A DNA stretch of 34,159 nt from Clostridia bacterium (GTDB lineage Bacteria > Bacillota > Clostridia > TANB77 > UBA1234), in contig CAADXZ010000119.1 of assembly GCA_900753135.1 (NCBI GenBank), positions 1 to 34,159 on the forward strand. The letters run 5' to 3'. A model generated the notes under the pieces. That model had not been told where the DNA came from and ran no database searches. It saw only the letters and a list, made by a program, of their open reading frames with translations. Positions 26,403-34,159 of this stretch are shown here, in pieces; positions within the stretch are counted from its first letter, which is position 1; each line of letters opens with the position of its first letter. The translations under genes and the position numbers were made by a program.

Positions 26403-28790
26403 ATGTCAAGAATTAAAGAATTAAGCTATACCCAATTAAAAAAATCTTGTGACCCTGCTAGTTTTAAATTTAAAACAACCAAAGAGTTAGAACCTTTCAC
26501 TGGTACAATAGGACAAGCTCGTGGAATTAAAGCAATGGAGTTTGGTCTTAACATTGATATTAAAGGTTATAATCTATATTTAGAGGGACCTACAGGTATT
26601 GGAAAAACAATTTATGCAAGAAATAAACTTGAAGCAATAGCAAAAACAAAACCTGTACCTGACGATTGGTGTTATGTATATAACTTTGAAAACCCTAATG
26701 AACCAATTGCAATCTCTTTGCCAGCAAAAATGGGTAAAGAGTTTACAAATGATATGGCACAATTTATAGAGAATATCAAAGTAGAAATAAAAACAGCTTT
26801 TAACAATCAAGACTTTGCTACAGAGAAAGCAAATATTGAAAAGAGCGTTGAAGAAAAGAAAATCAAAATGATTGAAAAGCTAAACAAAGATGCAGCTAGA
26901 CAAGGTTTTGAAATAAAAAATACACCTTCAGGAATATACTTCTTGCCGATGATTAATGGTAAAACACTAACAGAAGATGAATTCAATGCATTAGATGAAG
27001 CAACAAAAAGTGAATTTGAAAGACGCTCTGTTGAAATACAAAAAGAAACTATAGATGTAATGTCTAAGATTAAAGAACTAGAACGTAAAGCAAATGAAAA
27101 GATGAGTTCTTGGCAAAACAATATTGCTCTTTTTGCTGTAAGTATACAAATAAACGAACTTAGAAATAAATACAAAAGATTCGCAAAGATTCAAACATTT
27201 TTAAAGGATGTTCAAAAAGATATTTTATCAAATCTTACTGAATTTATTGCAGAACCTCAACCACAGCCTCAGATGCCAATGCCACGAAATGATGTTCTTA
27301 AGCCATGGCAAAAGTATCAAGTAAATTTGTTTGTTGATAATTCTAACTTAGAAGGTGCACCTGTAATAATAGACTCTAACCCTTCGTACTACAACTTATT
27401 TGGAAAACTTGAATATGAAAACACTTATGGAACGCTTAGAACAGACTTCACATTAATCAAACCCGGATTGATTCATAAAGCAAATGGTGGTTACATTGTA
27501 TTACAAATAAGGGATTTATTAACAAATCCTGTTATTTGGGATTCATTTAAAAGAATACTTCGTACAAAATTAATCTATGTAGATACTTTAAAAGATTACC
27601 AAATGAACACAGTTGCAATAGCTTCTTTAAAGCCAGAACCTATTCCTGTAAATATAAAGGTATTATTGATTGGACCATCTAACGTTTATTATCAATTACT
27701 TAACTTTGGTGAGGATTTCAAAAAATTATTTAAAGTTAAAGTAGAATTTGATGAAGAAGCACCTAGAACTGATGCAAATATGTTCAAAATTGCACAATTT
27801 ATTCATAGCTTTTGTGAAAAAGAAAAGGCACCTCATTTTAATGCTGGAGCAGTAGCGGAGGTTATAGAATATTGTTCTCGTAGTGTAGAAAATCAAAATA
27901 AACTTTCAACTCAATTAAACGATATAACAGAATTGCTTGGCGAAGCTTGTACATGGGCAAAAATGGACGGTGCAAAAACTGTTACCGCTGCCTATGTAAA
28001 GAAAGCAGTAGTTGAACGTATTGAAAGAATAAACAAATATGATCAACGTTTAGTTGAAATGATTCAAAACGGAACTATAATGATAGATACTGATGGTCAA
28101 AAAGTCGGACAAATCAATGGTTTATCAATAATGAGTATTGGTGATTATTCATTTGGAAAACCAGCTAAGATAACTGCAAACACATATGTTGGTAAATCAG
28201 GAATAGTTAATGTTGAAAGAGAAGTTGAACTAAGCGGAACATCACATTCAAAAGGTGTAATGATTCTAGCAGCTTACATTGGCGAGAAATTTGCTCAAGA
28301 AAGACCTCTTTCTTTAACCGCAAGTTTATGTTTCGAACAAATGTATAATGGTGTTGACGGCGATAGTGCTTCAAGTACAGAATTATATGCTATACTTTCA
28401 AGTTTATCCGATTTACCAATAAAGCAAAACATAGCTGTAACAGGCTCTGTAAATCAAAAAGGTGAAATTCAACCTATAGGTGGTGTAACAGATAAAATTG
28501 AAGGATTCTTTAGTATTTGTAAATTGCGTGGATTAACAGGAGAACAAGGTGTTATGATTCCTTATCAAAACATTAAGAATCTAAACCTTAATGATGATGT
28601 TATCAAAGCTGTTAAAGATGGAATGTTCCATATATATGCTATAAAAAATATAGATGAAGGAATAGAACTTTTAACAGGTGTTCCTGCTGGTAAAAAGAAC
28701 AAAAACGGAGAATATACAGTTGGTACTGTAAACTATCTAGTAAACGAAAAATTAAAAAGATATTCTTCAAAAACGGAAAATGAAAGATAA
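26403..28790 (+). CDS. Lon-like protease (AAA_32-type ATPase module with a coiled-coil insertion, plus an S16 Lon protease domain)
   Basis: It has Walker A GPTGIGKT (26586..26609) and a long charged helical insert at about aa 120-290. A LonB-type catalytic Ser motif (VDGDSASS) and a Lys context (IGGVTDKIEG) are present. An AAAGGAG RBS precedes the start. Confidence 0.8.
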   Translation: MSRIKELSYTQLKKSCDPASFKFKTTKELEPFTGTIGQARGIKAMEFGLNIDIKGYNLYLEGPTGIGKTIYARNKLEAIAKTKPVPDDWCYVYNFENPNEPIAISLPAKMGKEFTNDMAQFIENIKVEIKTAFNNQDFATEKANIEKSVEEKKIKMIEKLNKDAARQGFEIKNTPSGIYFLPMINGKTLTEDEFNALDEATKSEFERRSVEIQKETIDVMSKIKELERKANEKMSSWQNNIALFAVSIQINELRNKYKRFAKIQTFLKDVQKDILSNLTEFIAEPQPQPQMPMPRNDVLKPWQKYQVNLFVDNSNLEGAPVIIDSNPSYYNLFGKLEYENTYGTLRTDFTLIKPGLIHKANGGYIVLQIRDLLTNPVIWDSFKRILRTKLIYVDTLKDYQMNTVAIASLKPEPIPVNIKVLLIGPSNVYYQLLNFGEDFKKLFKVKVEFDEEAPRTDANMFKIAQFIHSFCEKEKAPHFNAGAVAEVIEYCSRSVENQNKLSTQLNDITELLGEACTWAKMDGAKTVTAAYVKKAVVERIERINKYDQRLVEMIQNGTIMIDTDGQKVGQINGLSIMSIGDYSFGKPAKITANTYVGKSGIVNVEREVELSGTSHSKGVMILAAYIGEKFAQERPLSLTASLCFEQMYNGVDGDSASSTELYAILSSLSDLPIKQNIAVTGSVNQKGEIQPIGGVTDKIEGFFSICKLRGLTGEQGVMIPYQNIKNLNLNDDVIKAVKDGMFHIYAIKNIDEGIELLTGVPAGKKNKNGEYTVGTVNYLVNEKLKRYSSKTENER

Positions 28791-28803
28791 GATTTATATT
28801 ATA

Positions 28804-28839
28804 AAAGAAGCTTCTTCAAATAACTGAAGAAGCTTCTTT
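28804..28839. terminator. Bidirectional terminator between the Lon-like and VanW genes
   Basis: A perfect 15-bp inverted repeat (aaagaagcttcttca 28804..28818 / tgaagaagcttcttt 28825..28839) has a 6-nt loop. Confidence 0.75.
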
Positions 28840-28855
28840 ATTATACATTTCTAAC

Positions 28856-30544
28856 CTAATTTCCATAAGGACTTTCTGGAGAATCCCATCCTGGAGGTAA
28901 TTCTCTTTCTGGCTCTTTTTCTTCCTCTGGTGGTTGTGGATCTGGTTCTACAACAGGAGGTTTTTCTTCTATAACTTTTGTTCCAACTTTTATTATTTCG
29001 TTTGTTGGAATGTATTTATCTTTAGAAATCAAAGTTCTTGAAACTATATTTCCATTTGCATCTTTTTCTATTCTGTATGCTTCAGATATGTACCCATCTA
29101 CTGGTTCTTGAACAACTTTTGTTGTGCCCTTTAACATAGTTGAATCATTTTCTCTTATAGTTGTATATGGCAATGTCTCAAGCGTTACAGATTCTATTTC
29201 AATTATTTTATCAGTCTTTTCTTTTATTCCTAAAATGCTCATAGTTAATGTTCCATCTTTCATTTCTGAAACAATTTTTATAGGATAACTTCTATTATTT
29301 TTAAATTTGAAGTCAATTGCTCCCTCTGAAATTGTAGCATCAACGCTTGGCTCTGCATATTTAACATACATTCCATGTGCTTTTCTTTCAACAACTTCTA
29401 AATCAGCATGCAATACTATATTATATAGTGTTGATGAAACTTGACATATACCTCCACCAACAGTATTAACAACTCTTCCACCCACAAATGAATGAGCAGG
29501 AGCATATCCATTTGCAACAGTTCTTGTGCCTATTGTTTTATGGAACGAAAATTCCTTTTCTGGATAAACTATCGTTCCATTACATCTATCAGATGCTGTT
29601 TGTAGATTTTTAACTCTATTTTTTTCAGTTGTATCATAAGTAGTTGAATATGTTGATAAAACATCTTTGAAAAGTTGTTCATCTAAATCTGCTACTTTTA
29701 CTTTCGGTTCCACAACTCTTAATGCTATCTTCATTATTTCTCCTGCTTTAAGATTCTTATATTCTTCTTTTGCAGAATCAATATCAAAATCAACACCAGT
29801 TTTATCAACAATTACTTCAAAACTTTCGCCAGATGTAAAAGAAGCATCTTGTGGTAAAACGTGTACTTCACTATATATTTTATTAAAATCTAATTTACCA
29901 GATGTAGATTCTGATACCGGAATATCTATTACACTGCTATCTGTTGTTGCAGCTGTGATTATGCATTTTTCTAACATATCACTATCAATTTTAAGCCCAT
30001 CTTGACCTTTTACAACTATAATGCTGTCTCCTGATACTTCATAAGAATCATCAGAAGATACTTTTTCATTTGCACTTGTTATTCTTGCTACAAGTTCATC
30101 ATAAACTTCATCATCCAATGTATATTCTAATTCAATTTCTTTATTTCTAAAGTTACTTAGCAATATTGTATAGTTGTTTTGAATAAAAGTACCACTTCTG
30201 CCATAATTGTAAGCTTCTTCTAATGCTTTTTCTACATTGACAGCATCAAATCCTAGTTCATTAACATTCACATTATATTCACTTTCATCTAGTTTTAAAG
30301 TGATTGCTTTATTTTCATATTTTTCTATTTTTTCTTCTAATAATGTGCGAGCCTCATCCACAGTTTTACCACTAACATTCATACCAGATATAAAAACATT
30401 ATTAAATATCTTCGTATTTTTTAGGTTTATAGCAGCAAACAATGTTGATACACATACTATAATGCATACCAACACAATTAGGACAAAAACTACAACTTTA
30501 TTTTTATCTGTAGTATTTGTAGTATTATATAAAATTTGATTCAT
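28856..30544 (-). CDS. VanW-family protein with N-terminal membrane anchor, G5 domain and Pro/Glu-rich tail
   Basis: It has a TM segment (VVFVLIVLVCIIVCV), the VanW core (GGGICQVSSTLYN), a G5-like segment (VVQEPVDGY..KVGTK) and a PPVVEPDPQPPEEEKEPE tail. Confidence 0.8.
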   Translation of the reverse strand: MNQILYNTTNTTDKNKVVVFVLIVLVCIIVCVSTLFAAINLKNTKIFNNVFISGMNVSGKTVDEARTLLEEKIEKYENKAITLKLDESEYNVNVNELGFDAVNVEKALEEAYNYGRSGTFIQNNYTILLSNFRNKEIELEYTLDDEVYDELVARITSANEKVSSDDSYEVSGDSIIVVKGQDGLKIDSDMLEKCIITAATTDSSVIDIPVSESTSGKLDFNKIYSEVHVLPQDASFTSGESFEVIVDKTGVDFDIDSAKEEYKNLKAGEIMKIALRVVEPKVKVADLDEQLFKDVLSTYSTTYDTTEKNRVKNLQTASDRCNGTIVYPEKEFSFHKTIGTRTVANGYAPAHSFVGGRVVNTVGGGICQVSSTLYNIVLHADLEVVERKAHGMYVKYAEPSVDATISEGAIDFKFKNNRSYPIKIVSEMKDGTLTMSILGIKEKTDKIIEIESVTLETLPYTTIRENDSTMLKGTTKVVQEPVDGYISEAYRIEKDANGNIVSRTLISKDKYIPTNEIIKVGTKVIEEKPPVVEPDPQPPEEEKEPERELPPGWDSPESPYGN

Positions 30545-30587
30545 AATTACTTATTACCTCCAAACTACTCTAAATCTCACCGTACTA

Positions 30588-30616
30588 ATTTTAGCACAAG
30601 ATTACATAAAATGCAA
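30588..30616 (-). promoter_or_regulatory. Putative extended -10 sigmaA promoter of the VanW gene
   Basis: The minus strand reads TTGCAT (30616..30611), N17 ending in TGc, TAAAAT (30593..30588). Confidence 0.55.
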
Positions 30617-30665
30617 CTTATAACTACAAATTTCTACATTATAAAAAAAATTTTTTATATAAGTA

Positions 30666-30694
30666 TTGCAGTTTGTTTTTTTTATATATATAAT
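30666..30694 (+). promoter_or_regulatory. Putative sigmaA promoter of the CBM-like ORF
   Basis: TTGCAG (30666..30671), N17, TATAAT (30689..30694). An AAGGAG RBS lies 9 nt before ATG 30743. Confidence 0.55.
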
Positions 30695-30742
30695 TGTTAT
30701 AGAAAAAACATATAGCAAAAGATAAATAAGGAGTGGGAACAA

Positions 30743-31204
30743 ATGCCAAAAGAAGAAAAAGTTTATTTTGATACAGAAAAACTAGTAGAAGGAAGAACTG
30801 CTAAACTAATCTATAAAGGCGATTTAGTTAATGACGGTTCTGACGAAATATATGTACATTACGGTTTTGGATTGCTTTGGGAAAACCTACAAGAAATAAA
30901 GTTGGATAAAGTTGATGATTCTACATATGAAACTGAAATAAATTTAATTTCAAATGATAGTATAAATTTCTGCTTTAGAGATGGAAACAATAACTGGGAT
31001 AACAATCAAACAAAAAATTACTCAATGCCTATCTCAAAAGAAGAAGTAACAGTTGCAAAAGTAGAGCCAACAGCACTTGAAGTTCCAAAGTTGAAGAAAT
31101 CTTATATATTGGCTAAAAAGATTAAGATTACTTTCTATAAGATTGTAACTTTTATTCCTAAATTTTTTAATGGTGAGTTTAAAAGAAAAGTAAAAGAACA
31201 ATAG
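30743..31204 (+). CDS. Small protein with a CBM25/CBM53-like glycan-binding domain and a basic amphipathic C-terminus
   Basis: The pattern VHYGFG..W....(Y)...I.L....I.FCFRDGNNNWDNNQTKNY resembles starch/glycogen-binding modules. The family assignment is from memory only. Confidence 0.55.
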   Translation: MPKEEKVYFDTEKLVEGRTAKLIYKGDLVNDGSDEIYVHYGFGLLWENLQEIKLDKVDDSTYETEINLISNDSINFCFRDGNNNWDNNQTKNYSMPISKEEVTVAKVEPTALEVPKLKKSYILAKKIKITFYKIVTFIPKFFNGEFKRKVKEQ

Positions 31205-31212
31205 AACATTTC

Positions 31213-31246
31213 AGGTCAGCATCTTGTGTGCCGACCTTTTATTTTT
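31213..31246 (+). terminator. Probable Rho-independent terminator after the CBM-like ORF
   Basis: The stem pairs aggtcagc (31213..31220) with gccgacct (31230..31237), with one mismatch, and is followed by ttttattttt. Confidence 0.55.
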
Positions 31247-31259
31247 AAGGAGTGATAAA

Positions 31260-31979
31260 ATGAAAACAGTATTGGTTACAGGTGGCTCAAGGGGAATTGG
31301 AAAATCAATTGTACAAAAATTTGCAGAAAACGGATACAATGTAATATTAAATTATTCAAAATCAGAAGAAGCTGCGTATAGACTTTCAGAAAAATATAAT
31401 AACGTTAAGATATTTAAAGCAAATATTTCAAACAAAAAACAAGTTCAAGAAATGATTGACTACGCTACAAGCGAGTTTAAAAAGATAGATATACTTATAA
31501 ATAATGCTGGTATATCTTCAACAGGATTATTGCAAGACTTATCAGAAGAAGAACTTAATAGAATATTTAGTGTAAATGTTAACGGAACATTTTTTTGCAC
31601 TCAATTGGTGTTACCACAAATGATTGCTAGACATGAAGGAAAAATAATAAATATTTCATCTGTATGGGGATTGGTTGGTGCATCAAACGAAGTTGCTTAT
31701 TCAGCTTCAAAGGCTGCAATTATAGGTTTTACAAAAGCTTTGGCAAAGGAAGTAGGACCTAGCAATATTCGTGTTAATTGCATTGCTCCTGGTATTGTAA
31801 TGACTGATATGGTAAGCGATTATACTGTAGAAGAATTTGATGATATTCGCTCTCAAATTCCACTAGAAAGAATTGGATCAACAGAAGATATTTCAAACCT
31901 TGCTTACTTTCTTGCTAGTGATGAGGCTGACTATATAACAGGTCAGATTATATCGCCAAATGGAGGCTGGGTAATATAA
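31260..31979 (+). CDS. Short-chain dehydrogenase/reductase, FabG-like
   Basis: It has TGGSRGIGKS (cofactor loop), NNAG and the catalytic YSASK. The start is set at ATG 31260 after an AAGGAG RBS. The ORF-track extension to 31224 runs through the terminator. Confidence 0.85.
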   Translation: MKTVLVTGGSRGIGKSIVQKFAENGYNVILNYSKSEEAAYRLSEKYNNVKIFKANISNKKQVQEMIDYATSEFKKIDILINNAGISSTGLLQDLSEEELNRIFSVNVNGTFFCTQLVLPQMIARHEGKIINISSVWGLVGASNEVAYSASKAAIIGFTKALAKEVGPSNIRVNCIAPGIVMTDMVSDYTVEEFDDIRSQIPLERIGSTEDISNLAYFLASDEADYITGQIISPNGGWVI

Positions 31980-31996
31980 TCCCAGCCCCCATTTTT
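31965..31996 (+). terminator. Rho-independent terminator of the SDR gene
   Basis: The stem pairs ggctggg (31965..31971) with cccagcc (31981..31987) and is followed by cccattttta. The left arm lies inside the last codons of the SDR gene. Confidence 0.65.
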
Positions 31997-32639
31997 ATTC
32001 AATTTCATATTCATTTTCAACGGAACCATTCTTTTCTTTAACTTGTACATGATTTGCTACAACATTTCTGTATTTTCCAATCAAACTTGCTAGTTCATTC
32101 TTTTTTATAGCCTCTTCGTATTCTTTTTCAAAGCGTTGGCTATTTATCGAAGGTATTCTAACTTCATCTATTGGAGCTTCACTAGTATAGATAAAATCTG
32201 TATCTGTTACTACCCATCTTGGTTCTTTGTTTTCATCTCTACTTGTGTCAGCAAAACAACAAATTCTCACATTTTTATCATCTTCGATTTTCTTTTTTGT
32301 ACTTTCTGATATTGTCACTCCAGTATGATTTGATGGCACATAATAAGCCATATTTTGTATCTCTGCATCTCCCCATACTATATTGTCCTCTTTTAATGAG
32401 TTGTACAAATACTGTAAAATTTCCAATTTTTCGTTACGATTAAGTTCTGCTTCATATTTACTTTTCACCAAAGGCTGTACTTCAACAAAAATTGGAGAAT
32501 CTTTTATTTCACCTTTCTGCCCACTAAACTCAAAACTTAAAATAGGTTTCAATATACTATCATGTTTTGGCACATCTGGTGTTATTCTTTTGGCTCCAAC
32601 CTTAATAGTAAAATCGCCTATATCAAATCTGTTTAACAA
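31995..32639 (-). CDS. Hypothetical protein (up to 214 aa), coupled to the upstream 503-aa gene
   Basis: The ORF starts at TTG 32639, one nucleotide after the TAA (32643..32641) of the upstream gene. There is no in-frame ATG until codon 97, no strong RBS and no recognised motif. The N-terminus is uncertain. Confidence 0.6.
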   Translation of the reverse strand: MLNRFDIGDFTIKVGAKRITPDVPKHDSILKPILSFEFSGQKGEIKDSPIFVEVQPLVKSKYEAELNRNEKLEILQYLYNSLKEDNIVWGDAEIQNMAYYVPSNHTGVTISESTKKKIEDDKNVRICCFADTSRDENKEPRWVVTDTDFIYTSEAPIDEVRIPSINSQRFEKEYEEAIKKNELASLIGKYRNVVANHVQVKEKNGSVENEYEIE

Positions 32640-32640
32640 T

Positions 32641-34152
32641 TTACCGTTCCGAGGAAAATAATTGTTTTACATCTGTTGAAGAAAGTTTTTGATTATTTAA
32701 CAATTCTAATGCTATATCTTGAATATATCTCACGCATTGTGATGGTACATCTAACAATGATTTTTTTATTGCTATATTGGCAATTTGTTCAACTTCAACA
32801 TCGCATTCTTTTTCATTTGCACATTCTTTTACGCATTCTTCATTCTTTTCACCACTTATACAACGATATATTTCATTATATTGTTCTGGTAGTTCTACAT
32901 TAGAATCACCAACAACAATATATCTATTTTTTCGATCAAAGTATGCTTTTTCAAAGTTTCCTTTTACTATATTATCGTACAGCTTCAATCTTCTTGCTTC
33001 ACATCTTACTGGAAATAATAATAGTGCCCCACTCTTTTCAAGAAGCTTTCTTATATACTCCACGTTTCCAGTATCTGCTATATCCCAGAAATCTGGTATT
33101 TCAAAAACCAATTTATTTTTCCCAGATATGTCATATATTTGATTAATTTCATCTATCATGTTAACAGGTATATAACCACTGTCAAAATCAAAATAGTATC
33201 TTAATACATCTTCTAAAAGCTCTTTTGACAATAATTTTTTCAATACTCTTGTATCATCACGATTAACTGATGAAAAATAGTTTTTTAAGCATTTGATTCT
33301 TTCTTCTGCACTTAAATTTCCATATCTAACTATATCCTCTACTTTTTTATCAGCAATTTTCTTTGCCTCGTCTTCTGTAATTTGAAGACTGTCTATTTGT
33401 GAATACCTCGTATGCCTATCAGTTAAATGAAAAGTAACATATTCTAACAGCTTTTCATTTGGTACATAACTAAGCAATTCTTTTTTAGATGAATCTTTTT
33501 CAAAAGCATCCAAAAAATTAAGCATTGTTTCAACATCACAATCTTGTAATATTGACACTTTGGTTTTATCATTTACATCATAAAAGAAAGAAAATTGTTC
33601 GGATTTAGGTAAAGATAAAACGAACTCCATTAATTTTCTCTTTTTTACTCTGTCATCTCTTATTTCAGATTCAAATAATTTCTTTTTTAACTCTATATCA
33701 CTTAAACTAACGATTATTCTAGCCCTCGCCGTATCGCTATCAACTAGTTTAATTAACTCTACCTTTTGGTTATCATCTTTCATACTTTGTATAATATCGG
33801 CGATTTTGTCATGACGCACAAGTCCAGAAAAGATTAATCTTTTTTTCTCGTTATCATCTTCAAGTGCACCAATAACTTCAGCTTTAGCATACTCGCTAAG
33901 GGCTGGCAACATATTTATTTTTTTAATATCTTCACTAAAAGAAGATATTATACTAACTCTATCTCTTTCCTTTGAAAAGCTCTTTAAATATTCAATTTTT
34001 AATTCGTCATTACTTAATGTAGCAACGAGATCTGACTTTATATGTGGATCTTTTATCTTTTTAATGTATCTTAATCTTATATCTTCATTTGGAATTACAT
34101 AAAGCATTTCTGGAATATTAGCTTTTAATATGTTATTTGCTAATTCATTCAT
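32641..34152 (-). CDS. Hypothetical protein (503 aa) with N-terminal tandem helical repeats of about 26 aa
   Basis: The ORF is complete, with an in-frame stop at 34155..34153 immediately upstream of ATG 34152. Residues 22-182 form about six repeats. No enzymatic motif is recognised. Confidence 0.7.
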   Translation of the reverse strand: MNELANNILKANIPEMLYVIPNEDIRLRYIKKIKDPHIKSDLVATLSNDELKIEYLKSFSKERDRVSIISSFSEDIKKINMLPALSEYAKAEVIGALEDDNEKKRLIFSGLVRHDKIADIIQSMKDDNQKVELIKLVDSDTARARIIVSLSDIELKKKLFESEIRDDRVKKRKLMEFVLSLPKSEQFSFFYDVNDKTKVSILQDCDVETMLNFLDAFEKDSSKKELLSYVPNEKLLEYVTFHLTDRHTRYSQIDSLQITEDEAKKIADKKVEDIVRYGNLSAEERIKCLKNYFSSVNRDDTRVLKKLLSKELLEDVLRYYFDFDSGYIPVNMIDEINQIYDISGKNKLVFEIPDFWDIADTGNVEYIRKLLEKSGALLLFPVRCEARRLKLYDNIVKGNFEKAYFDRKNRYIVVGDSNVELPEQYNEIYRCISGEKNEECVKECANEKECDVEVEQIANIAIKKSLLDVPSQCVRYIQDIALELLNNQKLSSTDVKQLFSSER

Positions 34153-34159
34153 TAAGTAT

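Noticed and set aside
14260-31259. The ORF track shows N-terminal extensions for stp (to 15039), tagA (from 20656), the SDR gene (from 31224) and ORF 2372 (to 3052).
   Set aside because: In each case a downstream ATG is preceded by a properly spaced GGAGG-type RBS and matches the usual family N-terminus. The extensions start at TTG or other read-back codons without an RBS, or run through a terminator.
427-33146. Many 60-214-aa ORFs in the track lie antisense to or overlap the long conserved genes. Examples are 427..717+, 973..1191+, 992..1270-, 3776..4099+, 8435..8668+, 12617..12832+, 18872..19267+, 22496..23140+, 25193..25486-, 26807..27175-, 29667..30005+, 30237..30539+ and 32777..33142+.
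   Set aside because: Each is embedded in a gene with clear family motifs on the other strand or frame. Their translations are low-complexity (S/F/I/L-rich). They lack an RBS and independent promoter or terminator signals. Such ORFs are expected by chance in AT-rich DNA.
1-34159. I searched by eye for tRNA or rRNA genes, CRISPR arrays, riboswitch-length leaders, transposases, integrases, restriction-modification genes and known defence-system genes.
   Set aside because: None were found. Intergenic gaps are at most about 240 bp and are accounted for by promoters, terminators and the repeat family. The recurring GAAAATCT motif is part of that repeat and is not a CRISPR-like array.

Overview
This is a low-GC chromosomal segment of Firmicutes/Clostridia type. 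Hand counts of native stretches give about 23% G+C. It is densely packed with housekeeping genes, about 32 ORFs, mostly on the minus strand. Three blocks show synteny familiar from Bacillus and Clostridium: rsmB-rlmN-stp-prkC-rsgA-rpe, ywlE-rpiB, and tsaE-tsaB-rimI. Other recognisable genes are topB, murG, topA, glyA, a znuABC-type zinc ABC importer, a TagO::MnaA fusion with a divergent tagA (wall-glycopolymer linkage unit), a Cof-type HAD phosphatase, feoAB, a Lon-like AAA_32/S16 protease, a VanW/G5 protein, a CBM-like small protein and an SDR. I found no tRNA, rRNA, CRISPR array, transposase, integrase or recognisable defence gene. I do not see a clear novel multi-gene system. The features most worth follow-up are these. 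(1) A structured intergenic repeat has three copies in the same orientation, each directly after the intrinsic terminator of a minus-strand gene; two 83-nt copies 21 kb apart are 81/83 identical, and two composite copies bracket topB. (2) A self-contained single-gene cassette of about 47% G+C with unknown function (2372..3037) sits between murG and topB. (3) Two translationally coupled unknown genes lie at the right edge (503 aa with roughly 26-aa tandem helical repeats, plus 214 aa). (4) TagO and MnaA are fused in one ORF. (5) feoA and feoB each carry an independent +1 frameshift. All functional calls come from motif recognition by eye; no searches were run.
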